A DNA stretch of 20,000 bases from an uncultured virus (IMG/VR IMGVR_UViG_3300005534_000002) (taxonomy: Duplodnaviria > Heunggongvirae > Uroviricota > Caudoviricetes). The notes beneath the pieces are model-generated. The model had not been told where the DNA came from, searched no databases, and saw only the letters and a list, made by a program, of their open reading frames with translations. Below are positions 7,425-14,844 of the stretch, in pieces. The translations under genes and the position numbers were made by a program. Numbering within the stretch: position 1 is the stretch's first letter; each line of letters opens with the position of its first letter. The stretch is from the IMG/VR virus record IMGVR_UViG_3300005534_000002, one strand, 5' to 3'.

Positions 7425-8004
7425 CGAAGTTGTAGAACCGGGGCGGGGGGAGCGGTGCGGGCGCAGTGTGGTGCCACCGTAACCCTCGCCCCTTCACGAT
7501 CCGTCCGAAGGGGTCAAACTCAGCCTGAAAGGCGAGGTCGTTGAAGCCGTAGTAGGCGAAGACGCTGCCGTGCGTTGAGCCAGTCCGCTGGCTGTGGTCG
7601 CCGGCCTGAAAGTCGATGCGGTGGTCGGTGAAGCAGAGCAGCATGTCCCACAGTGGCTGAAACCACTTAGTATCGGTTGTGTGTGAGTTGACGAGCACGA
7701 TGCCGGCGAGGATGTTACCCTTGCGAATCTGGTCAACGAAGTGTTGCACAAACTTCCCGGCCAGGTTGCCGTACGGCGGATTGAGCCACACGGTCCCATG
7801 CCAGTCGTGCTTCAGCCCGTCGTCTTCAGCCGTGTAAATCTTGCGTGCTCTGACCGTCTCGTTTGCTTTCGGGCATGACGCCGGATCAAGGTCGATCACG
7901 CCACCGAACGTCGCGCGGGCTGCCTCGATGTACTGCGCGGGCGTGTACCACTCGTTCCCGCCTGATGCCACGATCCTTTGTGCGGCTGTCATCTGGCCGG
8001 TCAT
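7363..8004 (-). CDS. phage DNA N6-adenine methyltransferase (Dam-type)
   Basis: NEWYTP, IDLDPAS, DDGLKHDW.G.VWLNPPY catalytic motif. Confidence 0.92.
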   Translation of the reverse strand: MTGQMTAAQRIVASGGNEWYTPAQYIEAARATFGGVIDLDPASCPKANETVRARKIYTAEDDGLKHDWHGTVWLNPPYGNLAGKFVQHFVDQIRKGNILAGIVLVNSHTTDTKWFQPLWDMLLCFTDHRIDFQAGDHSQRTGSTHGSVFAYYGFNDLAFQAEFDPFGRIVKGRGLRWHHTAPAPLPPPRFYNFVTYGGADALAGSRGRDDLAA

Positions 8005-8156
8005 GGCAGATACCGGACGGCCAGCGCCAGGATGATAAGCACGACACCCGCGAGGATGTCTTCAACCGGCGTCACGCCATTGAGCAGGCGCGCCAGTTCC
8101 AATAGACCGTCTAGTAAGAAGCCGCATCCGATACCAGCTACAAAACTTGTGTTCAT
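8001..8156 (-). CDS. membrane microprotein C (51 aa, not in ORF track)
   Basis: GGAGG SD; MNTSFVAGIGCGFLLDGLLELARLLNGVTPVEDILAGVVLIILALAVRYLP; ATGA coupling to the methyltransferase. Confidence 0.75.
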   Translation of the reverse strand: MNTSFVAGIGCGFLLDGLLELARLLNGVTPVEDILAGVVLIILALAVRYLP

Positions 8157-8299
8157 GCTCTCCTCCATATGCAAATTACGATTGAAAGCAATAACAGTGC
8201 CAGGCCGCTCAGAACCTCCTCGGCTCTGGCATCTATCACGCAGGCCGCTACAAAGAACGCCATCGACGCTCCTGAGACATATCCCTCAAGACCGCTCAC
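8153..8299 (-). CDS. membrane microprotein B (48 aa, not in ORF track)
   Basis: GGAGG SD, GTG start; MSGLEGYVSGASMAFFVAACVIDARAEEVLSGLALLLLSIVICIWRRA; 4-nt overlaps on both sides. Confidence 0.75.
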   Translation of the reverse strand: MSGLEGYVSGASMAFFVAACVIDARAEEVLSGLALLLLSIVICIWRRA

Positions 8300-8433
8300 C
8301 GTCGCCTCCACAGGGCAATGACGATCGCGGCCCCGAGCAGAATAACAGCACCAATTACCTCTTGGTAACGCGAGGAGCTAAAGATCGCCGCAGCAAAGAG
8401 CGCCATCGCTCCTCCCGCGTAGTACTCATCCAT
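8296..8433 (-). CDS. membrane microprotein A (45 aa, not in ORF track)
   Basis: Starts 1 nt after the DUF1064 stop; MDEYYAGGAMALFAAAIFSSSRYQEVIGAVILLGAAIVIALWRRR. Confidence 0.75.
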   Translation of the reverse strand: MDEYYAGGAMALFAAAIFSSSRYQEVIGAVILLGAAIVIALWRRR

Positions 8434-8434
8434 T

Positions 8435-8791
8435 TTAGAAGTCCTTGCTCGTCACTATGCGCAGATCAAGGTGGGGATAGCACGCGCGTATGACCTTGAG
8501 TCGAAAGGGCCAGTCCTTCGGGATGAAGCCCTTAGTATCGACAAACCAGTTATCGTTGACCATGCCGAAGACCTTGAAGTCGGGTGTGTAGACACCGATC
8601 TTCGTGCCGTTGACAACCAGCGGTAAACGCTCTGGTTGCGGTATCCAGCCACGGATCACGCGCGCCTCTATCAAGAGATCGAGATGTTGAGCGTACCGCG
8701 CCTCTAGCTTGCTGTCGTAGACGCGACCTCTGTAGGTCGTCTTGATCGCTCTACTCTTGTTGCGTCGAGGCACGGTACGCTGCTGCGTCAT
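8435..8791 (-). CDS. DUF1064-family PD-(D/E)xK nuclease-like protein
   Basis: NK..A.KT...G..YDSKLEARY..L, YTPDF, VDTKG; TGATG coupling at 8791. Confidence 0.8.
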   Translation of the reverse strand: MTQQRTVPRRNKSRAIKTTYRGRVYDSKLEARYAQHLDLLIEARVIRGWIPQPERLPLVVNGTKIGVYTPDFKVFGMVNDNWFVDTKGFIPKDWPFRLKVIRACYPHLDLRIVTSKDF

Positions 8792-9108
8792 CACTTCATC
8801 CAGTTGAGCCGGTGGAATGTCGGCTCTGTGGTGCCAGGCACCAGGACGCCGTAGCATCCCTGGAACGCCTGCACGAGATCGTACGTCTTACGATTGAGCA
8901 CGACGTCTGTTACCGCACCACCGCACATGGCTCTGTGGTTCATCCACGCAAAGGCCATGACGCCAGGCTTGACGACCGCCATGCGGTGCTCCACGCGCCA
9001 GTGGTTCCAGGTCCGGTAGTCAAAGCCTCGCGACCCGGACGCTTCTGCGACGATCGCGACGAACTGGAAGAGCGCCAGGAAGAAGAAGCTGCGCAAGGCG
9101 AGAGTCAT
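8791..9108 (-). CDS. secreted or membrane-anchored hypothetical protein
   Basis: N-terminal signal-peptide-like MTLALRSFFFLALFQFVAIVAEA; ATGA overlap with the upstream gene. Confidence 0.7.
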   Translation of the reverse strand: MTLALRSFFFLALFQFVAIVAEASGSRGFDYRTWNHWRVEHRMAVVKPGVMAFAWMNHRAMCGGAVTDVVLNRKTYDLVQAFQGCYGVLVPGTTEPTFHRLNWMK

Positions 9109-9695
9109 GGCAGACACACGCGCACGGTGCGGTAGTCGTTTCCGAGTCCAAATGCGGCTGCCTGCGCCGGCCCTGTGACCCACACGTCAGCGTGCCGGTA
9201 CGGGTTTCCAGTCGGCCCTTCTCGATCGAGTCCAATGAGCCAGCCGACACCAGGGACGTAGACATGCGTGCCGAGCGGAACGTCGTAACCGACTGCGGTT
9301 TCGCCAGAGAAGACGTACTGGCCGCTGGCGGTGAGTCCTTGATCGTCGTACCACGTTACTTCCCAGGTATCGGAGTAACAGTTGGTGCCGAACGGGGATG
9401 GCGGCGGGGGTGGAGGGGCCTGGTAGTAGGTCGGAAAGCGAACAACAATGCGGACGTGGGGTGACTTCTGTTTCACGCTCGTGTGGAATCCGGTCACACG
9501 ACCCTTGGGATGCAGGATGCGGAAACGGTACCGCTCAACCTGCACCACTCTGGTGGCCGTCTCCCAGTCGAGATGCTGAACCGTTTTGGTCCAGTACAGG
9601 GCCTGCGTCTTTGCCTGCGCGCCTATCGGAGCCAGCGCGCCCGTCATCAGTAGACAGAACGCAAAGAGCAGAGCGACTACGTTGCGTACCTTCAT
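9105..9695 (-). CDS. secreted 3D-domain (MltA-like) cell-wall enzyme
   Basis: Signal peptide ending AQA, poly-Pro linker, then VTWY...GLTASG...TAV...PLGTHVYVPG.G....D..G.....ADVWV, the 3D-domain pattern; GAGGT SD. Confidence 0.75.
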   Translation of the reverse strand: MKVRNVVALLFAFCLLMTGALAPIGAQAKTQALYWTKTVQHLDWETATRVVQVERYRFRILHPKGRVTGFHTSVKQKSPHVRIVVRFPTYYQAPPPPPPSPFGTNCYSDTWEVTWYDDQGLTASGQYVFSGETAVGYDVPLGTHVYVPGVGWLIGLDREGPTGNPYRHADVWVTGPAQAAAFGLGNDYRTVRVCLP

Positions 9696-9850
9696 GCGGT
9701 GAACCTCACTGTTTGAATTTGGGGATTCCCCAGGGCAGTCTTCAGCAGTTCGCAAGCCGCTGCCAGGCTCGTTGTTATCAGGCTGAACCCGGAGACTGCA
9801 CCAACTGGCTCATCGCACAGTCGGTAGACAATCGAGATACGGATTGTCAT
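9692..9850 (-). CDS. hypothetical protein (52 aa)
   Basis: GGAGG SD; ATGA coupling at both ends; MTIRISIVYRLCDEPVG... Confidence 0.6.
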   Translation of the reverse strand: MTIRISIVYRLCDEPVGAVSGFSLITTSLAAACELLKTALGNPQIQTVRFTA

Positions 9851-11196
9851 GCAGCCTCCGGGCGAATGTCGGGATCGGTGCCCAGCCGACCTTCGACATC
9901 GCAGCCCGCCTTGTAGAGCAAGCCACGGTAAAACGCTTCGCCGTTGTGAATCGCTACCGGCTCGTAGCAGAACGGCCCATCTCCAGGGGTGTACGTGATG
10001 ACAGCGATGCCTTGCTGCCAGTTCTCCCATCCGGGGACGGGCTGACCGTAGACATCCTCGCCAGAGTTGGCCCCAGGCACGACACCATCCACACGGCAGA
10101 GGCAGCCCGGATTCGCGGCAAGGATCGTTCGTGGGCCGTAGCGAGTCCGCTTGGTGATCTCTGCCCACTCGCGTCGGTGATCGTGGCCGTAGATCGTACT
10201 GACACGCTCTTCGATGAGATATCTCTGGCTGTTTGCCCCTCGTCCTGCCTTGTCGCCGTGGACGATCTGTAGTCTATCCGAGAGCCAGATATTCTGCGCG
10301 GGGTAGCCAGCCAGGTAGTGAATGCCAAAGTCGTCCAGTCGGCACAAGTGAGGCACGCTCATAACCGGCCAGCCATCAGGCTGTTCGCCCTGTCGCAGAC
10401 CGAACGCAGCGAGAGCGTTGTCGATGATGTAGTTCGAGGCTCGCTTCTCGTGATTGCCCTCGATCCACTCGATGCGGCAACGAGCCGGCGCGGCACTGCG
10501 TAGCTGGGCCATAAAGCGTGTCAGGCGATCGACACTTGCCTGCGTAGTGCGCACAAACTTCGGTTGCTTGCGGTACTTACTTAGTTCTGGAAAGTCGAAC
10601 CAGTCGCCGTTGAGCGCGATTCGATCGGGCTTTACTTGAGATACGATCTGTAGCGCGACGTCCAGGGCCGCTTCGTCATGCGTCGGGTGAAGATCGTCGC
10701 AGCGACCGTAGTAATAGCCGACCTGTGCGTCTTGGAGCACGACACACGTTTCCATCCCGGACGGATGGATGGCGTCGCAGTCGATCGGATGCACGCTGTA
10801 TGACGGGCCAGGCTGCACGACGGGCCACGCAGGACCCTCAGCCCACTTCGGGGAGAGTATGAGGCTCGCAGCTTCCATGTGAACTTTCTGAGCTTCGTCG
10901 TTGGCGTCCTTGTAGAAGCCCTCCCACTCGTTGAGTCGGACTTTCTCCACCCTGCCGATGTCTTCGGGAGCAATGCCGGATCGTTCGAGAAGGTCTGCGA
11001 TGACACCGAGACGCTTGACGCGGGCTAGTTCCTCTGGCTCGTTCGCAGGATCAATGCGCATCGAGTTGACCTTGTTGCGGTAGCTGTCCCAGGTGCGGTC
11101 ACTGCCGCTCTGCCCGTACAACTCGCGTATGGTCAGTTCAGGATTGTCCCGGATGAATGCCTCTTCAGCCTCAGTCCAGGGGCGGGCAACTCTCAT
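9847..11196 (-). CDS. calcineurin-like metallophosphoesterase with N-terminal Myb/HTH-like segment
   Basis: DAQVG, NGDWFD, EGNHE, HGD, GHDHR motifs plus NPGCLCR and ENWQQG, as seen in phage phosphoesterases. Confidence 0.88.
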   Translation of the reverse strand: MRVARPWTEAEEAFIRDNPELTIRELYGQSGSDRTWDSYRNKVNSMRIDPANEPEELARVKRLGVIADLLERSGIAPEDIGRVEKVRLNEWEGFYKDANDEAQKVHMEAASLILSPKWAEGPAWPVVQPGPSYSVHPIDCDAIHPSGMETCVVLQDAQVGYYYGRCDDLHPTHDEAALDVALQIVSQVKPDRIALNGDWFDFPELSKYRKQPKFVRTTQASVDRLTRFMAQLRSAAPARCRIEWIEGNHEKRASNYIIDNALAAFGLRQGEQPDGWPVMSVPHLCRLDDFGIHYLAGYPAQNIWLSDRLQIVHGDKAGRGANSQRYLIEERVSTIYGHDHRREWAEITKRTRYGPRTILAANPGCLCRVDGVVPGANSGEDVYGQPVPGWENWQQGIAVITYTPGDGPFCYEPVAIHNGEAFYRGLLYKAGCDVEGRLGTDPDIRPEAA

Positions 11197-11198
11197 GA

Positions 11199-11432
11199 CT
11201 AACCCTTTCCGTCTAGCTGGCGCGCATCCCAGCGGGCCAGAGTGCGTGGCCGGTCGCGGATCATGCCGCCAGCCTCACCGCCACGGTAGGAGATGACGAA
11301 CGAGCACCCAGGATGTGACTTTCTCACCTGTCGCTCGAACTTCCCATAGTTGGTGCCCTCTTCGCTCTCGGCAATGACCTCTTCGGTGTCGTCGTCAATC
11401 GCTAACCACGTCCCGAAGATCGGAGCGCTCAT
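11199..11432 (-). CDS. hypothetical protein
   Basis: GAGG SD; ATGA coupling. Confidence 0.65.
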   Translation of the reverse strand: MSAPIFGTWLAIDDDTEEVIAESEEGTNYGKFERQVRKSHPGCSFVISYRGGEAGGMIRDRPRTLARWDARQLDGKG

Positions 11433-12055
11433 GTATTGCCTCTCGACAATTGTGACACAAGCTGCTCGTTAGCCTCCCTAAGTTGTCTCGTGGCGTAGCC
11501 CTTGAGCCAGGCCAGTTCCACCACGTCCGGGACATCCTTCCAGTAGCGAACCCGGCGCATGTGCTTCAGGTGTCGGTTGTAGGCATGATCGAACACGATC
11601 GGTGCCGTGCCTGATCCCACGAGCGATTCAAGGTTGGCGGGGCTGTCGTCAATCAGGGCGAATGCCCCAAGGCGTTCGCACGTCTCGACCTTCGGTGCCC
11701 AGGACCACTCGACGCTTTTGAAGTGATCGAGTAGCCCGTGTCTCTCCAGTAACTGCTTCGCCGTAGCCCGCATGTTCGGCGCGCGGTGTGACACGAGATG
11801 GAGCGTGTAGCCCATCAGGGTCAGGTAGCGCAATCCCTGTTTCGCTCCGGGCATCGCCGGCGACCGGGCCATGATGTCGTGGCTGTGGACGCAGTCGTGG
11901 AAACAGGTCTTGCAGATGTTGGTGAAGTAGTCCCACGAATCAGGCTCGCCGGCCTCGCAGACGTGGCCGTGCTTCTCGCGGTTCTTGTTGTAGTGATCGG
12001 CCCAGACCTCGTCATTCGAGATCAGGACACCGTCCATGTCGATGGCGAGGTTCAT
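11429..12055 (-). CDS. HAD-superfamily 5'(3')-deoxyribonucleotidase (NT5C-like)
   Basis: IDMDGVL (DxD), LVSHR, K, LIDDSPANL, VFDHAYNR. Confidence 0.85.
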   Translation of the reverse strand: MNLAIDMDGVLISNDEVWADHYNKNREKHGHVCEAGEPDSWDYFTNICKTCFHDCVHSHDIMARSPAMPGAKQGLRYLTLMGYTLHLVSHRAPNMRATAKQLLERHGLLDHFKSVEWSWAPKVETCERLGAFALIDDSPANLESLVGSGTAPIVFDHAYNRHLKHMRRVRYWKDVPDVVELAWLKGYATRQLREANEQLVSQLSRGNT

Positions 12056-12642
12056 AGCTTGCTCGCTTTCTCTCTGGCCTGGCGCATCATCCAGTCATCA
12101 GCGGTCGCCCTCTGGTATGGAACAAGGCGGTGCGCGATATCTCGTATGACGTCTGAGGTATCGGCCCAGAACGCCTCTCGCTCCTTCTCGTTTTCCGGCA
12201 CCTCCAGGTCCAGAGTCATCATCGGGCCGGCTAGCTCCCTATCCGATAGCGTGATGCTTGGGAACGGGACGATATTGTCCAGAGGGTCGCAGCTTTCGGG
12301 CATCTCCGTCAACATCGAGTGCAGGTAGCCCATGACGTTGAACATGAGCGCGCAGCACGCCTCCGCTTCGTCAACCGGCTTTCCGGTGGATCGGTCGATG
12401 GCTGAGTAGCCGCGATGCAGCTTCCACAGGTCCATGAAGTGCCGGAACGCCGATTTCAGGTAGACGGAGCGCGGCATCCCCTTCTGCCAGTTGTCCGACG
12501 CCCGCAGCTTCCCGTCCGCTTGCTTGCGGTGCTTGTGCATGTATCCGGCGAACGCTTCCAGGACGACCGGGGACAGAAATCCCTCGTAGTCCAGCTTGTT
12601 GGTGTCGTTGTCGCGTGTCGCGCCGGTTTCAAACTCTCTCAC
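12052..12642 (-). CDS. DUF5664-type dATP/dGTP diphosphohydrolase
   Basis: REFETGATRD...KLDYEGFL...DNWQKGMP...LKSAFRH...ALMFN. Confidence 0.8.
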   Translation of the reverse strand: MREFETGATRDNDTNKLDYEGFLSPVVLEAFAGYMHKHRKQADGKLRASDNWQKGMPRSVYLKSAFRHFMDLWKLHRGYSAIDRSTGKPVDEAEACCALMFNVMGYLHSMLTEMPESCDPLDNIVPFPSITLSDRELAGPMMTLDLEVPENEKEREAFWADTSDVIRDIAHRLVPYQRATADDWMMRQAREKASKL

Positions 12643-12725
12643 ACGTGGCCTCCCACTAGAGCACAGATCAACACGGCCACCATGATGATGGACGGAAGAA
12701 GAAGGAGCAGATCGTTTTCATGCAT
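12639..12725 (-). CDS. single-TM microprotein (28 aa, not in ORF track)
   Basis: GGAGGG SD; MHENDLLLLLPSIIMVAVLICALVGGHV; GTGA overlap with the DUF5664 start. Confidence 0.6.
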   Translation of the reverse strand: MHENDLLLLLPSIIMVAVLICALVGGHV

Positions 12726-12960
12726 GGGCACCCTCCAGGACTGCTGTATGGCCGCAAAACAAGCATCGAGACAACCCGTCTGCCTCACAGATGACTGCGT
12801 GTATGCATTCTTCGATGGGGTCGATTCTCAGGACGCTGGCAATTGCGCCTAGCCTGAGCGTCCCCCACAACCACAGGAGCTTCGGGCTGACCTCAAGAGC
12901 GGAACATCCGCACTTGCAGCCTACTTTGTTGCAGCTTACGCTGGCGTCTTCCACTGCCAT
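12718..12960 (-). CDS. Cys-rich hypothetical protein
   Basis: First ORF after the leftward promoter; CxxxxCxCxC and CLFCGH motifs. Confidence 0.6.
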   Translation of the reverse strand: MAVEDASVSCNKVGCKCGCSALEVSPKLLWLWGTLRLGAIASVLRIDPIEECIHAVICEADGLSRCLFCGHTAVLEGAHA

Positions 12961-12999
12961 CTCCGTTCCAGAAAGAGCGGTCTTCTGAGCGTTACGATC

Positions 13000-13028
13000 A
13001 CCCTATCATGAAACCAGGAGCGTGTCAA
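13000..13028 (-). promoter_or_regulatory. leftward sigma70-type promoter
   Basis: TTGACA (13028-13023), 17-nt spacer ending TGA (extended -10 TGn), TAGGGT (13005-13000). Confidence 0.75.
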
Positions 13029-13045
13029 CCCCCAAATTTTCGGTC

Positions 13046-13074
13046 TTGATCTGGGAGCGATACAGGAGTAAGAT
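13046..13074 (+). promoter_or_regulatory. rightward sigma70-type promoter
   Basis: TTGATC (13046-13051), 17-nt spacer, TAAGAT (13069-13074). Confidence 0.6.
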
Positions 13075-13099
13075 GAGAGCAGGCCGCTAGTTCCGGCCT

Positions 13100-13444
13100 A
13101 TGGGGGCTTCAGTGGCATCAACGTTTCTTGCACGGGTGACTGAGATCGACGGCAGGGTCACGCCGCTTAAGGTGCTTATCACCGAAGAGGACGAGACTGA
13201 GCCTGGCACGCCGCCAACGATCTTCATGTACACAAGCGATGACCAACCGATCGTGCTTGGCGTCCTGCGAGACGAGGACGCAGCGATGACTCTCGTGTCG
13301 ATCTTGGTCGCATTCGCGTGTGCCAACGTGGACGATGCCTGGCGCGCTAGCTCGCGTCAGGCGATCATCGACCGCGAGAACTCGTACCTTGCGCGTACGC
13401 GCGCGCACAAACTTAGAACAGAGGATGGCGGCAAGGACGACTGA
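13100..13444 (+). CDS. hypothetical protein (start may be GTG 13112)
   Basis: Lies just downstream of the rightward promoter; natural composition; GGGGG precedes GTG 13112. Confidence 0.65.
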   Translation: MGASVASTFLARVTEIDGRVTPLKVLITEEDETEPGTPPTIFMYTSDDQPIVLGVLRDEDAAMTLVSILVAFACANVDDAWRASSRQAIIDRENSYLARTRAHKLRTEDGGKDD

Positions 13445-13449
13445 GAGGA

Positions 13450-13523
13450 TGTCGTACGACAAACGAGAGCCTTATGTCGTGTCGTACGACAAACGGCGTA
13501 CGTTATGTAGTGTCGTACGACAC
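13450..13523. repeat. three copies of palindrome TGTCGTACGACA at 30-31 bp period (iteron/operator-like; putative replication origin)
   Basis: Perfect copies at 13450-13461, 13480-13491 and 13511-13522; both spacers begin AACG and end TTATGTnG. Confidence 0.85.
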
Positions 13524-13977
13524 GGTTCCCCCTCTCGGACTCTCCCCTTCCTAACCCTCCCTCCATCAGTAGACAATGATTCTCTGTACTCAAGTAACGC
13601 TTAGGAAGAGTAACGATAAGTACAGGTCTGACGTAGAAAGAAATACTCTTGAGTAGTTACTTAATCGCGCACTCGCGTGTAAGAGAGAAGATGAACGCCA
13701 GATTAAGATGTGTCAAGACGGCAGTCGTCAAGACCGATCTGTCGCTACCAAATTGCATCTGTACAAACCCGGAATGGCCTGATAGGGTGTGTCTATCCCC
13801 GCAATCTGGAGGAGAGAGGGCAGTGGGACAGCCTCCCCGGCACGGCCACCACATGTTGTGTCTCACAGTGCTTCGAGCCACAAGGGCTGCGAATGTCAAG
13901 CACTACTCGTCATTGACACGTCATATCGTGACTTCGTCTCAACAGCTTGCTACCCATATTCCGATCCGGAGGAAACC

Positions 13978-14844
13978 ATGACCGCCGACAAGCCGTTAAA
14001 CCTGTACCAGCGCATCGCTTCTCTCGCCACGAAAGTAGGCGACATTCAGGCGACGAGCCAGAACCAGTATCAAAAACAAGCGCTCGGGCGAGGGGACATC
14101 GAGAAGGCGATTCGCCAGCCGTTAGCCGAGGCCGGCATCGTGGTCATCCCCTCGCAGGCGAAGTTTCGGACCCACTATGCGTCACTTGCGAGTGAGGCGA
14201 CGAAAGACCTCGCTCCTGAGAGTGCAGTGTCGCCTGGCCTACACTGCCTGGACAAGAACAACTGGCAGGTGACGATCGCGTTCCGGCTTGTCAACGTGGA
14301 TGAACCGACCGACTATCTGGACATCTGGTGGAGCGACACCGGCTCGAACCCGGCTGCGGCTATCTCATTCACGGTGAAATCGTTTTACAAAGCACTGCTT
14401 CATCTGGACGACACAGACGACGAGGGAGATCGTGACAGCGCACGGCCTGCGTCACAGCCGCGCCGCGAACGACCCGCGCAGCAACCACACACTCGAAAGC
14501 CGCAGGAGGCGACTGCAAGCCCGCCTCCTGCGGCAACCTCCTCGCCGCCCGCTCAGGAACAGCCAGCGGCCAAACCTGCTGCGTCCACGTACGTTCCCAA
14601 GGCGGCTAACCCCATCTCGGACATCATGATCGCTATGGGCGAGATCGCGAAAAAGCGCGCGGCTGCCGGCTTGGAGATGGCGACGCTCAAGCTAGTCAAG
14701 CAGGACTGCCTGACCTCGCTGGGACTACCTGACCCCATCAGTGAGTTGCCCGAGGCCGACCTGGACAAAGTCCGGGAATGGATCGCGATTAAGCTGACGG
14801 ACCTGACGCTCTACGAGCAAGATGAACTGTCCGACGCTGCTTGA
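13978..14844 (+). CDS. ERF-like single-strand annealing protein
   Basis: GGAGG SD; NLYQRI...N.YQK...DI..AIR..LAEAGIVVIP...FRLVNVD.P...AISFTVK......L....DD, followed by a Pro/Ala-rich linker. Confidence 0.65.
   Translation: MTADKPLNLYQRIASLATKVGDIQATSQNQYQKQALGRGDIEKAIRQPLAEAGIVVIPSQAKFRTHYASLASEATKDLAPESAVSPGLHCLDKNNWQVTIAFRLVNVDEPTDYLDIWWSDTGSNPAAAISFTVKSFYKALLHLDDTDDEGDRDSARPASQPRRERPAQQPHTRKPQEATASPPPAATSSPPAQEQPAAKPAASTYVPKAANPISDIMIAMGEIAKKRAAAGLEMATLKLVKQDCLTSLGLPDPISELPEADLDKVREWIAIKLTDLTLYEQDELSDAA

Noticed and set aside
7978..8493. 171-aa plus-strand ORF filling the 8.0-8.4 kb gap
   Set aside because: It has no SD and an unnatural composition; the minus strand is tiled by three coupled membrane microproteins.
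12052..12642. Evidence for a 2-aminoadenine (Z) genome
   Set aside because: A dNTP diphosphohydrolase alone is not diagnostic; no PurZ is visible, and the element encodes an adenine methyltransferase.
13450..13523. Palindromic repeats as a mini CRISPR array
   Set aside because: The repeats are only 12 bp, the spacers are 18-19 bp and similar to each other, and no cas genes are present.
13320..13604. 94-aa ORF containing SYDKR repeats
   Set aside because: The repeats are identical at DNA level and palindromic, so they are better explained as DNA binding sites. The ORF also overlaps 13100-13444 out of frame.
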